Shown here one piece after another: positions 59,676 to 64,000 of a DNA stretch of 64,000 nucleotides. A program made the translations under genes and the position numbers. Below the pieces are notes generated by a model that searched no databases, had not been told where the DNA came from, and saw only the letters and a program-made list of their open reading frames with translations. Where the stretch lies: the NCBI GenBank assembly GCA_963701665.1, contig OY969622.1, positions 288,001 through 352,000 on the forward strand, read 5' to 3'. The stretch comes from Candidatus Babeliales bacterium. Lineage in GTDB: Bacteria; Babelota; Babeliae; Babelales; JANWKD01. Positions within the stretch are counted from its first letter, which is position 1. Each line of letters starts with the position of its first letter.

Positions 59676-61802
59676 ATGACAATGATGCGTATTGTGTGTT
59701 TTTTTTCTTTCCTATTCTGTTTTGCTGTTCAATCAGTGGGGGCAATGGAATTAAGCTCATTGAAAGAATTTACTGATGAAGAAATAACTATTTTCATTAA
59801 GGACAATCTTCAAGAAATTCCTCGATTAGTTGGGTTATTATTAAATCAAGAAAAGCTATTCGATTTATATGATCATTTTGTTTGTGAGCAGATAGGAAAA
59901 GATGAATATATAAGAGAATTGAAAAATATTGATGCAGCTCTTTTACACATAAGCAAAACAGTACTTCATTGTCCTGAACGATTAAAAGTATTTATAAATC
60001 CAATAACCCAATATATACATCTACTTAAAAATCAAAAAAATCCCTTGAGCTTAGAACAAAAAATAAGCATTATTAAAAATCTTCGTGATAAATACGTGCA
60101 GATCAAAAATAGGTGTACAGTACTCATAGCGCAAATGAATAATGCCTATAGGCGCACCAGTTGCTTAGAAATAGCTAGTACTGATGAAAAAGATAACCCA
60201 AAAAAAAATCGACACTTAATTTCAAAACAGGAATTAGGGTTTATGGATTCATCTTTGGACTCTCATTTTTGCACTTTTATGCACAATATTTGCAGGACAC
60301 TCGAAATCCAAGGATATCTTGCCGAAGTAATTGTATTTGTTCATCAATCACTCAAAGAACTTGATCACAGACTTACTATATATAGAGAAACATTGTCGCA
60401 GAGTAATGTTTTAGAAAAAAATGAGAATGTTGGAAATATTCCTAATGCACGGCCCGGTGAATATGCCTATATAATAAAAAAACCTAAATCTCTTGAAGCT
60501 TGTTATGTTGCATATATTATTGGTGGTCTTTCAAAAGATCCTGCTGCCTTCGATAAGCTTGGTGGGATTGCCTTATCATTAATTAATCATCAAAACGAAG
60601 AAATAAGGGATTATGCAAAATTAGCATTAGCAAAAAGTAACTTTGATCGAGCCTTAGATCACTATATAAAATTAGTTAAAATTTTCTTAAAAATTTACGA
60701 CCAAGATCCAATAATGAAATACTTCGAAACAGCTTATCAAGTGAATGCTCTCAATAATCCATCAATATCTTTCCTACCTTGTTCCCTTTTTCGTTTTATG
60801 CATCTTTTAAATCAAGCAAATAACAATCTTAATGAAGTTCGAGAATATTCTGAAAAATTAACTGTTATCAACGGCTTACTCGGTTATACAGAAGAGTTTC
60901 TTAATGAATATAAGGCAAACCAAAAAACATATGCTACCAATTATAAAAGATTAAAAGACACTTTAAGAAGTTTGATGCCTAAATGTCCTACATCGCAACT
61001 GTATACTATGACTCGGTACTTAAATGAGAGTTCTTTGGAGCCATATTGTTTGGAGACTGTTCTTAAAGGTAATTTCTTAAGCGATGAAGAAATTCAAATA
61101 ATCTTAAGGATGCGAAAAAATAAGCCCACAAGCACGACAGAAGATGTGGCGGCAAATGTTGTTGATGTGAGAACAGTACCGGAAAAAAAACAAAAAAATA
61201 TAAAAAAAGTTCAGCCTAAAAAGAAAAAAAGAAGTAGAAGAAAAAATCAGGGAAAAAACAAAAAAAGAGAAGAAGCATCGGAAAAAGAAAATCCTGAAAC
61301 AAAATCTCTCGATCAAAAACAAACAAATTCACAAAAAATTCGTCTTGCGGATAAGAAAATTGCAAAAAAAATTGTTGATAGTGAAAATAATATGACACTA
61401 TCTGTATGTTGCATGAAAGATCCTGATCCTGCAGCAGGTAAACTTATAATTTACGATGATCGTGTTCAACAATGGTTCACAGATCCCCAGAAAGCACTTG
61501 CTCAAAAAGGATTTGCTGAACATGATCCACGCAGAGATACTTCTATTCCGTTCCACAGCTTTGCAAAAGACATTGACAAATACGCTCTAAAATGGGGATT
61601 CAAAAGAGCAGGCCAAAATAATCATGGAAAACATGTAACAGAAATATATTTGCCAGGCTTTATTGAAAAAGATGGAACCTTCTTCGAGGGACTTTTCGTT
61701 TACGTCATAGATGTAAAAATGCTTTGTTATCACAGATTTTTTACTATTTGTGATTGGCATCAAAAACTTGCTGATGAATGGCAAGTAGATTTTGAAGAAT
61801 AA
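59676..61802 (+). CDS. Large secreted hypothetical protein with NLS-like basic region
   Basis: Signal peptide ending VGA-MEL; PKKKKRSRRK; 708 aa. Confidence 0.75.
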   Translation: MTMMRIVCFFSFLFCFAVQSVGAMELSSLKEFTDEEITIFIKDNLQEIPRLVGLLLNQEKLFDLYDHFVCEQIGKDEYIRELKNIDAALLHISKTVLHCPERLKVFINPITQYIHLLKNQKNPLSLEQKISIIKNLRDKYVQIKNRCTVLIAQMNNAYRRTSCLEIASTDEKDNPKKNRHLISKQELGFMDSSLDSHFCTFMHNICRTLEIQGYLAEVIVFVHQSLKELDHRLTIYRETLSQSNVLEKNENVGNIPNARPGEYAYIIKKPKSLEACYVAYIIGGLSKDPAAFDKLGGIALSLINHQNEEIRDYAKLALAKSNFDRALDHYIKLVKIFLKIYDQDPIMKYFETAYQVNALNNPSISFLPCSLFRFMHLLNQANNNLNEVREYSEKLTVINGLLGYTEEFLNEYKANQKTYATNYKRLKDTLRSLMPKCPTSQLYTMTRYLNESSLEPYCLETVLKGNFLSDEEIQIILRMRKNKPTSTTEDVAANVVDVRTVPEKKQKNIKKVQPKKKKRSRRKNQGKNKKREEASEKENPETKSLDQKQTNSQKIRLADKKIAKKIVDSENNMTLSVCCMKDPDPAAGKLIIYDDRVQQWFTDPQKALAQKGFAEHDPRRDTSIPFHSFAKDIDKYALKWGFKRAGQNNHGKHVTEIYLPGFIEKDGTFFEGLFVYVIDVKMLCYHRFFTICDWHQKLADEWQVDFEE

Positions 61803-61885
61803 ATATTGTGACAACTGCTTTCACGTTACAGCACTTCCAGATGGTATTTCGATCATTTAATATCGCTCTAAAGGAATACTAAAAA
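61802..61885 (+). repeat. att-like direct repeat, copy 2
   Basis: 71/84 identical to 62821-62904 by hand alignment. Confidence 0.85.
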
Positions 61886-61897
61886 TGTTTTGAGCTT

Positions 61898-62206
61898 TTA
61901 ACTTGCTGGTTTTAAATGAAAAGCAAATACCGCAAGAAAAAAACCAATTATTGAAATTATTTTAAATAATTTTTGATTCATTTTTTCTGCAGGAGAAATC
62001 CCACCGTATGTTTGAATTTCCCAGCCTTTTTGACCTAAAACTGATGTTGCTATTGGGATAATACTAAAAGATTGGAACCCTTGGATAAAGCTCTTAGAAA
62101 AAAAATGAAAAGTGTTTATCCAAATTGCCAAGCAATGAATGAAACATATCAGTATAAATGATATAATAGCTGCTTTACAATATGACTTTATGACATTTTG
62201 AATCAT
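61898..62206 (-). CDS. Hypothetical membrane protein
   Basis: AAGGT RBS; hydrophobic segments; LGQKGWEIQTYGG.SPAE. Confidence 0.65.
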   Translation of the reverse strand: MIQNVIKSYCKAAIISFILICFIHCLAIWINTFHFFSKSFIQGFQSFSIIPIATSVLGQKGWEIQTYGGISPAEKMNQKLFKIISIIGFFLAVFAFHLKPAS

Positions 62207-62244
62207 AATAATAACCTTAAAACATTAAAAGACTGGCCGTGCCA

Positions 62245-62300
62245 GCCCAGTCTTCGCTTGCAATGGAATGCCTTCGAAGTGAAACTGAGCTTCGACGGGC
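62245..62300. repeat. 56-bp hairpin repeat, copy 2
   Basis: 49/56 identical to 38047-38102. Confidence 0.8.
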
Positions 62301-62391
62301 AATCTACGCCATCATTCCGTTAAAGGAACTGGCGAAGCCAATCGTAGCCAAATTACACATCGAAGTTTTTCCCCATGCAGGCGTAGAATTA

Positions 62392-62634
62392 TTATAGCAG
62401 TCTTTTCTTTCTAAATTCCCTACCCGATCCAGATTTTAGAAATTCTTCAAATGCATATGCTTTTAATTTATCTTGAAATGCTGCATAAAAAAACAATTTC
62501 CAAGGTAAATATTTTGCGGTATGTGGTGTTGTCCCAGCATTATGATTAGAAAGTCTTTTTTCTAAATCCTCAGTACAACCAACATATATCTGATTAGGGA
62601 GATTTATGGATTGGATAATATAAACGTAATGCAT
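62392..62634 (-). CDS. Stand-alone GIY-YIG nuclease
   Basis: YVYIIQS...IYVGCTEDLEKRLSNHNAG...T.KY.PW...E..LKSGSGR. Confidence 0.92.
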   Translation of the reverse strand: MHYVYIIQSINLPNQIYVGCTEDLEKRLSNHNAGTTPHTAKYLPWKLFFYAAFQDKLKAYAFEEFLKSGSGREFRKKRLL

Positions 62635-62820
62635 CTGGTGAGTCCAAAGAAAATAAAATTTATTAAATGTTGGCCTGCCGGTCCTCCTGCGCCAAGGCTC
62701 CGGCGGACAGCCTACGTTTTCACTTTTCTCTTAGTATCAATTTCATTTAAAAAGATGGCCGCGCCAGCCGGAGTTCGGAAGAACGTAGGCTGGTGTCACA
62801 TAGTGGATGTATTCAGGAAC

Positions 62821-62904
62821 AATATTTTGACCATAGATTTTACGTTACAGCACATCCAGACGGTGTTTCGATCATTTAATATCGCCCTAGAAGAATGCTA
62901 AAAA
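62821..62904 (+). repeat. att-like direct repeat, copy 3 (follows TGG...WCHIVDVFRN, a recombinase-tail-like frame)
   Basis: See copies 1 and 2; in frame reads NILTIDFTLQHIQTVFRSFNIALEEC*. Confidence 0.85.
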
Positions 62905-62953
62905 ACGCCTCCTGGTTATTGGAAGATTAATGTTTATTTTTTTAAAAAGATTG

Positions 62954-64000
62954 TTAAAAAAGAGTTACAAGAAGAGTTTTTATGAATAACTCCTGTGCCA
63001 AAGGTTTTGTTTGTTTGTTATATTTTTCAAAACTTAATGAATTTGTATCAAAATTTTTTACAAATTCTGACAGTGCTTTAAGTGAAAGGAATGGAATAGT
63101 AAGAGCTGCTCCAGTGAGAGGATGAGGACTTGTTCTGGCATCACCCCAAAGAATAATTGGCCTTCCTTGATAGGAAATAGCTCCTTCTGTGGCAAGTGCT
63201 GGAATAAAATTGACAAAGGAAATAACATCAGTCGCATCAGAAAATGGTATGGATGTGGGTTGATTTTTTTTTGTAGCATAAAGATACCAGTAAATTGCTG
63301 GATTATTTGGCACTAATGAGAATTTTGTGTCATTGGGTTTAATTGCTGCTAATCTTTTTATTTGTGATTGTACTCCGTTGCCAACCAAAGAGACTTTAAA
63401 ACCCCAATTAACGTTTTCTCCTGATATTCGTTCTTTCTTTAATCCCGGTAAAAGTTTAGTTTCTGATTCATATCGCAATGCAGCAACTCCATGAGTTGTG
63501 TATTCAGGAAAATTTTTAAAGTTAAATTTCTTTATAAATTTAGGATTTTTCTGCTTTGCTAAAGTATTTGCTCCAGTTGATAGAATGATTACTTGCGCAT
63601 CATCTTGAATTTCTTTTAATTGCGTTTTTTTTCCATAAAGAATATCTACTTGATGCTTTTGACAGATATGAGCAAGGGCATTTTGAAAGTCACCTATAGC
63701 GATTCGATAGGAACGAAGCTTAGTAGGATTATCTAGTTCCATTTCAAATTGAATAAGTTGTTGTTCTTTTAAAAATAGATCAAGCTCTGGGAATTCATTT
63801 TGAATGAACTGAGGAACATTAATGGAAACATTTTGCCAGCGTCGATCAAATTCTTCCTTTGTTCGCTTTTCGTGTACACAAACCCTGTGACCATCTCGAG
63901 CTAATGCAAGTGCTGCTATAAGACCACTTGGTCCAGCTCCTAAAATAGCTACCTTCTTTGAATCACAAGATGCAATATCATTATCGTTAGGATATTCGTA
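62954..64000 (-). CDS. FAD-dependent oxidoreductase/monooxygenase, N-terminus beyond the window
   Basis: Frame open to 64000: VAILGAGPSGLIAALALARDGHRVCVHEKR; IILSTGAN; WGDARTSPHPLTG. Confidence 0.8.
   Translation of the reverse strand, partial: YEYPNDNDIASCDSKKVAILGAGPSGLIAALALARDGHRVCVHEKRTKEEFDRRWQNVSINVPQFIQNEFPELDLFLKEQQLIQFEMELDNPTKLRSYRIAIGDFQNALAHICQKHQVDILYGKKTQLKEIQDDAQVIILSTGANTLAKQKNPKFIKKFNFKNFPEYTTHGVAALRYESETKLLPGLKKERISGENVNWGFKVSLVGNGVQSQIKRLAAIKPNDTKFSLVPNNPAIYWYLYATKKNQPTSIPFSDATDVISFVNFIPALATEGAISYQGRPIILWGDARTSPHPLTGAALTIPFLSLKALSEFVKNFDTNSLSFEKYNKQTKPLAQELFIKTLLVTLF

Noticed and set aside
62790..62820. tRNA gene (reverse strand reads gttcctgaat...cacca)
   Set aside because: Only a vague 3'-end resemblance; no cloverleaf can be built.
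62611..62901. 96-aa ORF as a real gene
   Set aside because: It runs through palindromic repeats and overlaps the GIY-YIG start; only the last ~36 codons look like a gene remnant.
59542..62904. CRISPR array interpretation of the direct repeats
   Set aside because: Repeats are 50-84 bp, degenerate and separated by 1-2 kb of whole genes; no cas genes are present.

Overview
AT-rich, gene-dense bacterial DNA. Its content suggests an intracellular parasite of eukaryotes, most likely phylum Dependentiae/Babelota (TM6). This is an inference from the many orphan signal-peptide proteins and the WD40, ankyrin, FG-GAP, cPLA2-like and MavL-like genes. Housekeeping genes (dipZ, recO, a large MscS/MscK-like channel, uvrB, transaldolase/FSA, leuS, arfB, M3 oligopeptidase) are mixed with tandem paralog sets of putative secreted effectors. 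Main non-obvious structures: (1) a five-copy nested palindromic element (outer TIR-like ends, a TGTC-tagged REP hairpin, inserted GAA/GAA mini-hairpins), one copy interrupted by an intact IS481-family element with a 5-bp target duplication; (2) three 50-84 bp direct repeats at 59.5-62.9 kb that read like the 3' tail of a serine recombinase gene and separate unrelated gene cassettes, one a hairpin-flanked GIY-YIG nuclease; (3) about 16 secreted orphans whose predicted mature N-terminus is Met (mostly Met-Glu/Asp), some with eukaryote-type motifs (PP1-docking RVxF, C-terminal Cys/CaaX-like tails, NLS-like runs); (4) a circularly permuted D-amino acid oxidase; (5) several small ORFs below the ORF-track cut-off. 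No rRNA, tRNA or CRISPR array was recognised.
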